NCBI GenBank assembly: GCA_035461305.1
Contig: DATHVN010000036.1
Location: forward strand, 9,977-73,976
Source of the DNA: Euzebyales bacterium
GTDB taxonomy: Bacteria; Actinomycetota; Nitriliruptoria; Euzebyales; JAHELV01
DNA: 64,000 bases
Direction: 5' to 3'
The translations under genes and the position numbers were made by a program. Below, piece after piece: positions 13,895 through 28,518 of the stretch; position 1 is the first letter of the stretch, and each line of letters opens with the position of its first letter. A model generated the notes under the pieces. It did not search any database, was not told where the DNA came from, and worked only from the letters and a program-made list of their open reading frames with translations.

Positions 13895-16069
13895 GTGCCA
13901 GTGGCACCATTAGCCGGATCCGACTGGGCACAACGGGCACTCGCGGCGGTGCTCGTGTTCATCGGCATCCCGGCGATCCTGTCGATCTCGGCGTTCTGGC
14001 AGGAGGCACCCATCCGGGTCGGCGAGCGGTCCCCACGCACGGTGCTCGCACCGGACCCGATCCGCGTGCAGGACCCCGAGACCACGGAGCGTGAGCGCCG
14101 CAACGCGGCGGAGAGCGTTGAACCCGTCCTGGTGCCCGACAACGAGGCGCGGGCCGCCATCGTCCAGAACGTCGACGACACCTTCGCGAGGATCGAGAAG
14201 GCGCGGGAGCCCGGCAGCGGCGACGACAAGCAGGTCCTGAGCGCAGACGAGCAGGTCGCCAGCCTCGTCGAGCAGCTGGAGCTCGGCCCGTCGCCCATCC
14301 GCGCGCTGGTCGAGCTCGACGACGAGGAGCTGGTCATCGCTCGCGCCCAGGCCGTCGAGCTGGCCCAGGACCTCGCACAGCGTGACTTCACCGAAGGTGA
14401 GATCGAGCAGACCGTCGACCGGATCGACAGCCTGCTCGCGGTCCGTAGCTTCCCGGACGACGTCGGGCAGACCGCGGTGAAGCCGATCCTCGTCGAAGCG
14501 CTGGAGCCCACGGTCCGTGTGGACGAGGAGGCGACGGCGGCGCAGCGCGAGGCGGCGGCGGCGGCGGTCGCCCCGCTGGAGAAGAGCTTCGCTCCGGGTG
14601 CCCCGGTCGTGCAGGTCGGCGACATCGTCACCGAGGTCCAGATGTCCGCGCTGCAGGCCCGCGGGCTCGAGGGCGCCGATCCGTGGCTGACCGCCGGACG
14701 CGCCCTGGCGCTGACCGCGGCGATCGCCGGCAGCCTCGGGTTCTACCTTCGTGCGTACCGGCGGGAGACGTGGGCGACGGCCCGCCTGGTGCTGCTGCTG
14801 GCGGTGCTGGTCACGCTGTTCGCACTCACCCTGCAGGCGGTCGTGCTGCTGACGTCCGGCACCGGGCCACTCGTCTACCTACTGCCGGCGGGTGCGTTCG
14901 TGATGCTGACGACGATCCTGTTCGACCCACCGGTCGGCGTCCTGATGACGATCCCGATCACCACGATCGTGTCGTTCATGGCGCCGGCGCGGCCGGGCCT
15001 GACGGCGTTCGCGGCGTTGAGCTGCCTGGCCAGCGTCCCGCTGGTCTCACGGCTGTCCGCCCGGGGCGCCCTGCGCCGGGCCGCCTGGCATTCCACGCTG
15101 GCCTACGGCGCGTTCGCCGGTGTGCTGGCCGCGGTGTTCGACGAGCCCGTCGAGGTCGGCTACGCGACGCTCGCCGGCCTGGGCGCCGGGATCCTGTCGG
15201 CGGTCATCGTCAACGCCACTCTGCCGTTCCTCGAATCGGTGTTCGGCGTGCTCACGGCGACGAGCCTGTTGGACCTCGCCGATCGCAACCACCCCCTGCT
15301 GCGCGAGCTGGAGCAGAAGGCGCTCGGCAGCTACAACCACTCGGTCGAGGTGTCGAAGATGACCGAGCGCGCCGCCCGCGCCGTCGATGCTGACAGCCTC
15401 CTGGTGAGCGTCGCCGCGCTCTACCACGACATCGGCAAGGTCCAGCGGCCCTACTTCTTCGTCGAGAACCAGTTCGGCATCGACAACCCGCACGAGAACC
15501 TCGAGCCTGAGGTGTCGGCGCGCATCATCAAGGAGCACGTCACCGACGGCATCCAGATCGCCCGCAGCTACCGCATGCCCGCCGAGATCGTCGAGGGCGT
15601 CCGCACCCACCACGGCACGACGCTGGTCGGCTACTTCTTCCGCAAGGCCGCAAACGCCGCACCGGAGGGCACCACCGTCGACGAGCGCCCCTACCGCTAC
15701 GACGGCAAGAAGCCGGCGTCCAAGGAGATGGCGATCCTGATGCTGGCTGACTGCTGCGAGGGCGCGACGCGCGCGGCGGCGTTGGCGGACCGCAACCTGA
15801 CCCGCGAAGCGATCGCGGGCATCGTCACCGGCCTGATCGACGACCGCGTCGAGGACGGTCAGCTCGAGGAGGCCAACATCACGTTCCGCGAGCTGCGGAC
15901 GGTCCGGGAGTCGTTCATCGAGTCGTTGTGCTACGTGTACCACCCGCGGATCACGTACCCGGAGCTGCGCCCGCGGTCGACGACGGTCGGCACGCAGAAC
16001 GCTCCCACCAACGGCGCGGGCAACGGCGTCACCCGCGACCGGGTCGGGGACTCCGCCGCGTCGCAGTGA
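13895..16069 (+). CDS. 7TM receptor with intracellular HD hydrolase domain (PgpH/YqfF-like, putative cyclic-di-AMP phosphodiesterase)
   Basis: 724 aa comprising an N-terminal extracytoplasmic domain, a block of about seven TM helices (aa ~270-450) and an HD domain with 'HSVEVSKMTE', 'LYHDIGK' and 'HHGTTLVGYF'. Confidence 0.8.
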   Translation: MPVAPLAGSDWAQRALAAVLVFIGIPAILSISAFWQEAPIRVGERSPRTVLAPDPIRVQDPETTERERRNAAESVEPVLVPDNEARAAIVQNVDDTFARIEKAREPGSGDDKQVLSADEQVASLVEQLELGPSPIRALVELDDEELVIARAQAVELAQDLAQRDFTEGEIEQTVDRIDSLLAVRSFPDDVGQTAVKPILVEALEPTVRVDEEATAAQREAAAAAVAPLEKSFAPGAPVVQVGDIVTEVQMSALQARGLEGADPWLTAGRALALTAAIAGSLGFYLRAYRRETWATARLVLLLAVLVTLFALTLQAVVLLTSGTGPLVYLLPAGAFVMLTTILFDPPVGVLMTIPITTIVSFMAPARPGLTAFAALSCLASVPLVSRLSARGALRRAAWHSTLAYGAFAGVLAAVFDEPVEVGYATLAGLGAGILSAVIVNATLPFLESVFGVLTATSLLDLADRNHPLLRELEQKALGSYNHSVEVSKMTERAARAVDADSLLVSVAALYHDIGKVQRPYFFVENQFGIDNPHENLEPEVSARIIKEHVTDGIQIARSYRMPAEIVEGVRTHHGTTLVGYFFRKAANAAPEGTTVDERPYRYDGKKPASKEMAILMLADCCEGATRAAALADRNLTREAIAGIVTGLIDDRVEDGQLEEANITFRELRTVRESFIESLCYVYHPRITYPELRPRSTTVGTQNAPTNGAGNGVTRDRVGDSAASQ

Positions 16070-16125
16070 CACGCCGACGTGTGCGGCGGCCCCGCTCCCG
16101 GTCGCGGATCCCCGGAGCCCGCCGC

Positions 16126-17679
16126 TCAGCGCTCCAGACGGAAGCCGAGGTCGGCCGGGACGTCCTCGATGTCCATCTGCGCTTTCTGCAGCTTGCCGGC
16201 GTAGTCCCAGTTGACCGACTGCCACCGGGTGAACTGGTCGAGCACCCACTGACCTGACAGGCGGCTGCCGTTGCCCGACCTTCCGTTGCCGCCGAAGGGA
16301 AGATGCGCTTCGGCGCCCGACGTCGAGTTGTTGACGCTGAGCATGCCGGCCGAGACGCTCTCGCGGAAGCGGAACACGCTGCGGGGATCGGTCGTGTAGA
16401 TCGCGCTCGACAATCCGTAGCCGTGCCCGTTCGAAAGCTCGATGGCCTCATCGAGCCCGTCGCACGGCATCACGCCGACCAGCGGACCGAACGTCTCGAA
16501 GCGGTACAACTCGTCATCGGGTCGCACGCCCGTGACGATGGTCGGGTGGTAGAAGATGCCGCCGTCCGCGTCGCCGAGGAAGCCCTCACGGGGGTTGTCG
16601 GCCGTGATGCGGCCGACGCCGGTGGACCCGCTGACCTCGTGGTGATCACGGATCAGGTCGAGCCAGCCCTCAAAGCGCTCCGCGAACCGGGCATCGAGCA
16701 TCGGACCGTACAGCACATCCTCACGCGGATCGCCGATCACGGCCCGCGCGGTCGCCGCGGTGAACCGCTCGACGAACTGGTCGTGGGCCTCCGACGCGAC
16801 GATCGCGGTGCCCAGCGACGTGCAGCGCTGGCCGGCCGTGCCGAACCCGCTGAACAGCGCGCCCTCGACGGCCAGGTCCATGTCGGCGTCGGCGAGCACG
16901 ACCATCGGGTTCTTGCCACCCAGCTCGAGGCACGGCTGTTGGAGGTGGCGCCCGCACAGCGCGCCGATCTCACGGCCCACCTCGGTTGACCCGGTGAACC
17001 CGACCTTGTCGACCAGGCCCGTGTCCAGGGCCCGCTCGAGGCCGGCGAACGTGTCCTTGCCCTCGGCCAGCACCAGGTTCAGCACGCCGTCGGGCAGGCC
17101 GCCGTGGGAGAACAGCTCGAACAGCGCGTGCCCGGCGGCGGCGGCGTACTCGGCCGGCTTCCAGACGACGGTGTTGCCGCACAGCAGCGCCGGGACCAGG
17201 TACCACGAGGGCACTGCGACGGGGAAGTTGCCGGCCGTGATGATGGCGGCGACACCAACCGGCATGCGGTACGTGAACAGCTGCTTGTCACGCATCTCGC
17301 TGGGCACGGTCTGCCCGTACGGACGGCGACCCTCGCCCAGGAAGAAGTCGCAGGTGTCGATGATCTCCTGGACCTCGCCCAGCGCCTCCGCGTAGGGCTT
17401 GCCTATCTCGTCGGTCACCAGACGGGCCAGCTCCTCCTTGTTGGCCTCGACGATCCGGCCGATCTGCTGGACCACCCGCCCGCGGCGCGGCGCCGGGGTC
17501 GCGGCCCAGTCGAGCTGGGCCGCGCGCGCCGCCTCGCACGCGGCCACCAACGTGTCGGCATCACCCAGGTCGACCTCCGCGACGACCTCCTCGAGTCGGG
17601 CCGGGTTGACGTTCGTGCGCAAGGTGCTCGTGGAGCCGTGGCGCGCACCCGCGACGATCGAACTGACGTGCTTGACCAT
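16126..17679 (-). CDS. NAD(P)-dependent aldehyde dehydrogenase family protein
   Basis: Catalytic 'LELGGKNP' and 'GQRCTSLG', and cofactor motif 'FTGSTEVG'. The 687-aa track ORF was trimmed to the ATG at 17679 ('MVKHVSS'), which is preceded by GGAGAGG. Confidence 0.88.
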   Translation of the reverse strand: MVKHVSSIVAGARHGSTSTLRTNVNPARLEEVVAEVDLGDADTLVAACEAARAAQLDWAATPAPRRGRVVQQIGRIVEANKEELARLVTDEIGKPYAEALGEVQEIIDTCDFFLGEGRRPYGQTVPSEMRDKQLFTYRMPVGVAAIITAGNFPVAVPSWYLVPALLCGNTVVWKPAEYAAAAGHALFELFSHGGLPDGVLNLVLAEGKDTFAGLERALDTGLVDKVGFTGSTEVGREIGALCGRHLQQPCLELGGKNPMVVLADADMDLAVEGALFSGFGTAGQRCTSLGTAIVASEAHDQFVERFTAATARAVIGDPREDVLYGPMLDARFAERFEGWLDLIRDHHEVSGSTGVGRITADNPREGFLGDADGGIFYHPTIVTGVRPDDELYRFETFGPLVGVMPCDGLDEAIELSNGHGYGLSSAIYTTDPRSVFRFRESVSAGMLSVNNSTSGAEAHLPFGGNGRSGNGSRLSGQWVLDQFTRWQSVNWDYAGKLQKAQMDIEDVPADLGFRLER

Positions 17680-17894
17680 GGTCACCTCTCCGACGGCGTC
17701 GCTGCTGCACACGATGCCGTCTGGCGGCGTGTGCGTCCAGCGGATGGTCCGCATCCACCCGGCAAGCGTTAACGTGCCGGAAATCGGCTGCAAACGTGGG
17801 AGCCACGAAGCACTTCTAGTGTTGCCTCCGTGCTGGTCGCCCACCCTCGCCGTGGCGCATGCGCCACGTACCGCGGTCAGCACCATCGCACCGA

Positions 17895-17928
17895 CCGCGG
17901 CGGGCTCTTCGGCTCGGGCCCGCCGCGG
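17895..17928. terminator. Strong GC hairpin in the 460-nt spacer between the glgP remnant and the aldehyde dehydrogenase start. It could be a terminator or a 5'-UTR structure.
   Basis: Perfect 11-bp inverted repeat ccgcggcgggc/gcccgccgcgg (17895-17905 and 17918-17928) with a 12-nt loop containing ttcg. No U-tract. Confidence 0.25.
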
Positions 17929-18140
17929 CGGTGCGCTTCTGCGTGTGCGCGACGCCACGGCGGACCCGCGGTGTGGGCGACACGTCGGGGGGGCAACACG
18001 TCGAACGTGGCCCAAACATCGCGCATACGCCGAACCCGCCCCCGCCCCGCAGTCCGCACCCCGAAGGTCGTACAGCGAACCTCGGGTTGGTGAGCGGAGT
18101 TCGGCGTGCGAGTTGGCACGGAGGTAGCGCACCGTCGGGG

Positions 18141-20726
18141 TCAGGAGGGGGGCTGGTGCTCCACGGTGGCGGCGTCGGTCGTCGGCCACACCGCGCGGCC
18201 GGTGTCGGCCACCGACAACAGGTCAGCGTGCAACGGCACGATGCGCACCGTGAAGCCGAACTCCCCCGACCGGGCGCAGCGGAAGCGTGCGTGGTAGCGG
18301 GCGGCTCCGCTGTGCCCGCCGTCGAGTGTCATGGGCTCGATCAGCACACCGGTGATCCGGCCGTCGGCGTCGACCGCCCCGTGCACGACCTCGACACGCA
18401 CGTCATCGGCGCGCAACGCCCCGAGGTCAACCTCGGCCCGTACGTCACGCCTCGCGCCGACCGCCGTCACGGAGTCATCGGCGGTTACGCTGACGACGCG
18501 GACACCCGACCAGGACCCGTCGATGCGCTCCCGCCACGCCGACAGCGCCCTTGCGCGGGCATGGTCGTCGGCAGCCAGCGCGCGTGCCCGGTCGGCGAGC
18601 GGTACGTACAGGTCGGTCACGTACTCGCGCACCATCCGCGACGCCAGCACCCGCGGCCCGAGCGTCCGCAGCGACCGGCGCACCCGTGCCAGCCACCGGC
18701 GCGGCAGCGGACCGGTCGAACGGTCGTAGAACATCGGGACCATGACGTGCTCGATCACGTCGAACAGGGACTGCACGTCGGCCGCGTCCTGCTGGCCGAC
18801 GTCTCCGAGGTCGTCGTCGCTGCCGATGGCGAAGCCGTTGTCGCCGTCGTACATCTCGCCCACCGGCCGTCCAGCGTCGGGCAATGCAGCGCGCCGTTGA
18901 GCACGGCTTTCTGACCCGACGTGCCATACGCCTCGTGGGGGCGGCGCGGCGTGTTGAGCCACACGTCCACGCCGGAGTACAGGGAACGCGCGATGCCGAT
19001 GTCGTAGTCCTCGACGAACACCAGGCGTGTGCGCAGGTCCGGGTCGGCGCTGAAGTGGATGAGCTGGCGGATCAGGTCCTTGCCGAGGTCGTCCCGGGGA
19101 TGGGCCTTGCCGGCGAACACGAAGAACTGCACTGGACGGTCAGTCGCGAGCAGTAGCCGGCGCAGACGCTCGGGGTGGCGCAGCAGCAGGGCGCCGCGCT
19201 TGTACTCCGCGAATCGGCGGGCGAAGCCGATCGTCAGCGCGCCGGGTCGCCGATGTCATCGGTCCACTCGAGCGCGGTCGCCCGCTCGCCACGCCGCTGC
19301 ACCTGGGCGCGCACGGCGCTGCGCACACGTCCGAGCATGCGCTCGCGGGCCCGCTCGCGAGCCCGCCACAAGCGTCGTCGGTGATCTCGTCGACGCGGTC
19401 CCAGGCCAGCGGGTTGTCCGGCCAGTCCGGCGCGAGGTGGCGCTCGTACAGGTCGGCCATCTCGAGACCGATCCACGTCAAGGCGTGGACACCGTTGGTC
19501 ACCGACGTGATCGGAGTCTCCTCCTCGGGCAGGTCGGGCCACAGCGCGGAGAACGTCCGGCGCGAGACCCGCGCGTGCAGCTGGGACACGCCGTTGGCAA
19601 GCGCTGACAGCCGCAGGCCGAGCACGGCCACGTTGAACGGCTCGTGCGGGCCGGGCGTGTGCTGGCCCAGGGCGAGGACGCGGTCGACTTACGCCGCACG
19701 ACGCCGCGACGTCCGGCAGGTACCGGCGCATCAGGTCGGCCGGAAACTTGTCGATGCCCGCCGGCACCGGCGTGTGGGTGGTGAACAGCACGCCGGCGCG
19801 GGCGGCCTCGACCGCCTCGTCGAACGACAGCCCGTCATCGTTGATCAGGCTCCGGACACGTTCCAACTGCAGGAACCCCGCGTGGCCCTCGTTGGAGTGG
19901 AACAGCTCGGGCGTGGCCGGCACCTCGCCCATCGCGATCGCCGGGCGCAGCGCCCGCACCCCGCCGATGCCCAGCACCAGCTCCTGGCGCAGGCGGTGTT
20001 CGGTGTCGCCGCCGTAGAGCCGATCCGTGACCTCGCGGTCGGCCTGCGCGTTGCGCGGGTGGTCCGTGTCGAGCAGCAGCAGCGGCACGCGACCGACGTC
20101 GGCCTTCCAGATCTGGCACGCGACCTGCGCGCCGGCGAGGTCCACCGACACGGTCGCCGGCTCGCCGTCGATCTCGAGGCGGCGCAGCGGCAGGGAGTGC
20201 GGGTTGAGATCCGGATAGCGCTCACGTTGCCAGCCGTCGGCGTCGAGATACTGGTTGAAGTAGCCATGGCGGTACAGCAGGCCGACGGCGACCATTGGGA
20301 GTCCGGGGCGTCGCTCGCCGCCTTGAGGTGGTCACCCGCCAGGACGCCGAGGCCACCCGAGTAGGTCAGCAGCACGTGGGTCAGCCCGAACTCGGGCGAG
20401 AAGTAGGCCACGACCGGCAGCGTCCGGTCGTCGCTGGTGGCCCACCGCGGACCCTGCAGATACGCCGCGAGGTCGCTGTGCTGACGCATGAGCGCGGCGA
20501 CGAACGCGCGGTCGGCGGCCAGCCCCGAGATGCGCGCCGGCTCCAGCGCGCCCAGCAGGGCCACAGGGTTGCCGGTCGCCTCCCACAGCGTCGGATCGGC
20601 CCAGCGGACGAGCTCCCGGGTCTGGTGGTCCCATACCCAGCGCAGGTTCGTCGCGAGCTGGTGCAACGGCTGCAGCTCGGCTGGCAGGGACGGTCGCACC
20701 TGGAACGTGCGCAACGCTTCGATCAC
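18141..20726 (-). pseudogene. glgP: Alpha-glucan (glycogen/maltodextrin) phosphorylase GlgP. Full length is retained but at least 5 frameshifts disrupt it.
   Basis: Five overlapping minus-strand ORFs in alternating frames together tile one ~860-aa GlgP. They run from 'MIEALRTFQVRPSLPAELQPL..NLRWVWD' and 'GGLGVLAGDHLKAASD' | 'MVAVGLLYRHGYFNQ' through 'FTTHTPVPAG' | 'VDRVLALGQ...SALANGVSQLHA...TNGVH' | 'LWRARERARERML' | 'ALTIGFARRFAEYKRG..FVFAGKAHPRD..EAYGTSGQKAVLNGAL' | 'EMYDGDNGFAIG...'. Frame switches fall at about 20305, 19690, 19372, 19243 and 18860. The four junctions I could resolve look like single-base losses; the one near 20305 was not resolved. Confidence 0.8.
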
Positions 20727-20911
20727 GGGCCGTTGCCTTCATCATGTGGTGATCGAGGGTCCACGCCGCACCGGGCGCCCGCCGACGGGGTCCGGGTGCG
20801 ACGTGGCGACGTCGCAGCCTAGCCGCCGCGGTCGGCCGGCTCCGCTCCTGCATCCGCATCTCTCCAGCACCCTGCGACTCGAACGCCAGCCAAACGACCC
20901 GGCTCCGGAAA

Positions 20912-21029
20912 CAGGCCCCACGATCCCAGTCCGGCGAAGCCGGTCCACCAGTCGTTCGTGGAACCAGGCCCCACGATCCCAGTCCGGCGAAGCCGGTCCA
21001 CCAGTCGTTCGTGGAACCAGGCCCCACGA
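20912..21029. repeat. Intergenic tandem repeat, about 2.2 copies of a 53-bp unit in the divergent glgP/glgE spacer
   Basis: The unit caggccccacgatcccagtccggcgaagccggtccaccagtcgttcgtggaac starts at 20912, 20965 and 21018 (last copy partial), and the copies are identical. Each unit contains nested inverted repeats (ccacga...tcgtgg and ccggc-gaa-gccgg). Confidence 0.88.
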
Positions 21030-21172
21030 AGAAATCCGGCGGCGAGCGCGCGTAGGCTGCCCGCCGGATCGGGTAACACCACTGACAGGGTGCTGCTCGC
21101 TGGCGGCCTTCGTCCCTGGCCGAACGGAGCGCGGAGCCCGACACGCGATGACGTAGCCCACGTGGAGGACCA

Positions 21173-23122
21173 GTGAAGAACCGAGTCGTCATCTCGAGCA
21201 TCACGCCCACGGTCGATGCAGGCCGCTACGCCGTCAAGGCCGTCCTCGGAGACGACGTCATCGTCCGCGCCGACATCCTCCGCGAGGCTCACGACCTCCT
21301 GGCCGCGTGCATCCGCTTCCGCGGCCCCGACGACACGCGCTGGCGCGAGGCTCCGATGCGGGAGGACGTCAACGACCGCTGGTACGGGGCGTTCCCGGTT
21401 GACGCCGTCGGGCCGTGGCGGTACGCCGTCATGGCGTGGACCGACCACTACCGGTCGTGGCTGCGTGGGATCCGCCGGAAGGTCGAAGCCGAGACCAGCG
21501 ACGTCGAGCTCGGGTTCGCCGACGGCGCCCTCCTGCTGGAGCGACGGCTGGAGCGGCTGCCGCGCGCCGCGAAGGAGGTGCTGACAGAGGCCATCGAGGT
21601 CATGCGTGGCGACGTCGGGCCGGCCCGCAAGCTGGCGGCGGCAGCCGACGAGGACCTGCTGGCGCTGCTGGACCGCCATCCGGAGCGGCTGGACCGGACG
21701 ATCTCCAGGCCCGACCTCCCGCTGTGGGTTGATCGCGAGCGCGGCAGGTTCAGCACCTGGTACGAGCTGTTCCCCCGCTCGTACGGCGCGACCGAGACGA
21801 CCAGCGGCACCTTCGCCGACGCCGCCAAGCGCCTGCCGGCGATCGCGGGAATGGGCTTCGACGTCGTCTACCTCCCGCCGATCCACCCCATCGGCACCAC
21901 CAACCGCAAGGGCACGGGCGGCCCGCACGACCTGGATCCCAGCCCCGACGCGCCAGGGGTGCCGTGGGCGATCGGCAACGCCGATGGTGGGCACATGTCG
22001 GTGCACCCCGATCTGGGCACCATCGAGGACTTCGACGCCTTCGTGGCCGAGACGCGCGCCAACGGCATGGAGGTCGCGCTTGACTTCGCGATCCAGTGCT
22101 CACCGGACCACCCGTGGGTCACCGAGCACCCGGACTGGTTCCGCCACCGCGCCGACGGGTCGATCGCCTACGCCGAGAACCCGCCCAAGAAGTACCACGA
22201 CATCTATCCGATCGACTTCGACACGCCCGACATCGACGGACTGACCGCGGAGCTCAAGCGCGTGGTCGAGTTCTGGATCGGCCACGACGTCAAGATCTTC
22301 CGCGTCGACAACCCGCACACCAAGGCGCTGCCGTTCTGGGAGTGGTTGATCGCCGAGATCCACGCCGAACACGCCGACGTGCTGTTCCTCGCCGAGGCGT
22401 TCACGCGACCGAAGATGATGCAGACGCTGGCCAAGCTCGGCTTCAGCCAGAGCTACACGTACTTCACGTGGCGCAACTACAAGCACGAGCTGATCGACTA
22501 CGTCACCGAGCTCGCACACGGCGAGATGGCCGACTATTACCGGCCGAACTTCTGGCCGAACACACCCGACATCCTGCACGAGTACCTGCAGCACGGCGGT
22601 CGGCCCGCGTTCAAGGTCCGCGTGGTGCTGGCGGCGCTGCTGTCGCCGTCATGGGGGATGTACTCGGGGTACGAGCTCGTCGAGAACACCCCGCTGCAGG
22701 AGGGCAGCGAGGAATACCTGCGGTCCGAGAAGTACGCCTACCGTCCCCGGGACTGGGACCAGCCGCACAGCCTCGCGCCCTACATCACGCGGATCAACTC
22801 GATCCGGCGGTCGTTCGTCGCGTTCCGGCGGCTGCGCAACGTGTGGTTCCATCACATCGACAACGATGAGATGCTGTGCTACTCCAAGGTCGGAGCCGAC
22901 CGCAGCGACGCGGTGCTCGTCGTCGTCAACCTCAACCCGTTCGAGCCGCGGGACGCGACGACCTGGCTCGACATGTGGCAGCTGGGGCTCGAGCACGCCG
23001 GACCGTTCGAGGCCTACGACCTGCTGACCGAGACATCACACATCTGGCACGGACCCGCGAACTACGTCCGTCTAGACCCGTCTCACGAACCTGCGCACGT
23101 GTTCGCGCTGCGTGCGCTGTAG
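21173..23122 (+). CDS. glgE: Alpha-1,4-glucan:maltose-1-phosphate maltosyltransferase GlgE
   Basis: 649 aa with 'ITPTVDAGRYAVKAV' at the N-terminus, 'WYELFPRSY', the nucleophile region 'FRVDNPHTK', 'LAEAFTRP' and 'FWPNTPDIL'. GTG start. Confidence 0.92.
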   Translation: MKNRVVISSITPTVDAGRYAVKAVLGDDVIVRADILREAHDLLAACIRFRGPDDTRWREAPMREDVNDRWYGAFPVDAVGPWRYAVMAWTDHYRSWLRGIRRKVEAETSDVELGFADGALLLERRLERLPRAAKEVLTEAIEVMRGDVGPARKLAAAADEDLLALLDRHPERLDRTISRPDLPLWVDRERGRFSTWYELFPRSYGATETTSGTFADAAKRLPAIAGMGFDVVYLPPIHPIGTTNRKGTGGPHDLDPSPDAPGVPWAIGNADGGHMSVHPDLGTIEDFDAFVAETRANGMEVALDFAIQCSPDHPWVTEHPDWFRHRADGSIAYAENPPKKYHDIYPIDFDTPDIDGLTAELKRVVEFWIGHDVKIFRVDNPHTKALPFWEWLIAEIHAEHADVLFLAEAFTRPKMMQTLAKLGFSQSYTYFTWRNYKHELIDYVTELAHGEMADYYRPNFWPNTPDILHEYLQHGGRPAFKVRVVLAALLSPSWGMYSGYELVENTPLQEGSEEYLRSEKYAYRPRDWDQPHSLAPYITRINSIRRSFVAFRRLRNVWFHHIDNDEMLCYSKVGADRSDAVLVVVNLNPFEPRDATTWLDMWQLGLEHAGPFEAYDLLTETSHIWHGPANYVRLDPSHEPAHVFALRAL

Positions 23123-23164
23123 CCCCACCCGACCCCACAGGCCGCGAGAGAAGGGGCGCAATCC

Positions 23165-28470
<5,306 letters not shown>

Positions 28471-28518
28471 CCTCCCCACCCGACGTTCGCCACACCACCC
28501 TGGTCGCTGTGTCGACCG

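Noticed and set aside
16126-18189. N-terminal extensions offered by the ORF track (aldehyde dehydrogenase 687 aa, fadD 677 aa, gltB 1558 aa, glgX 763 aa, trpD 433 aa, GNAT 262 aa, DEDD nuclease 636 aa, TusA-like 111 aa)
   Set aside because: The extensions are Arg-rich and non-homologous-looking, and they run into neighbouring genes or spacers. Internal ATG/GTG codons preceded by GGAG-type Shine-Dalgarno sequences give N-termini that match the families.
18141-20726. Programmed ribosomal frameshifting as an explanation for the multi-frame glgP
   Set aside because: There are five switches in both directions, with no slippery heptamers or downstream structures that I could see, and with premature stops after each. 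This is inconsistent with programmed recoding. Decay or sequence error is far more likely.
20727-21172. ORFs 20742-21161(-) and 20488-21156(+) in the glgP/glgE spacer as possible small proteins with internal repeats
   Set aside because: Their repeated peptides simply mirror the 53-bp DNA tandem repeat, whose period is not a multiple of 3. Their composition is non-coding-like.
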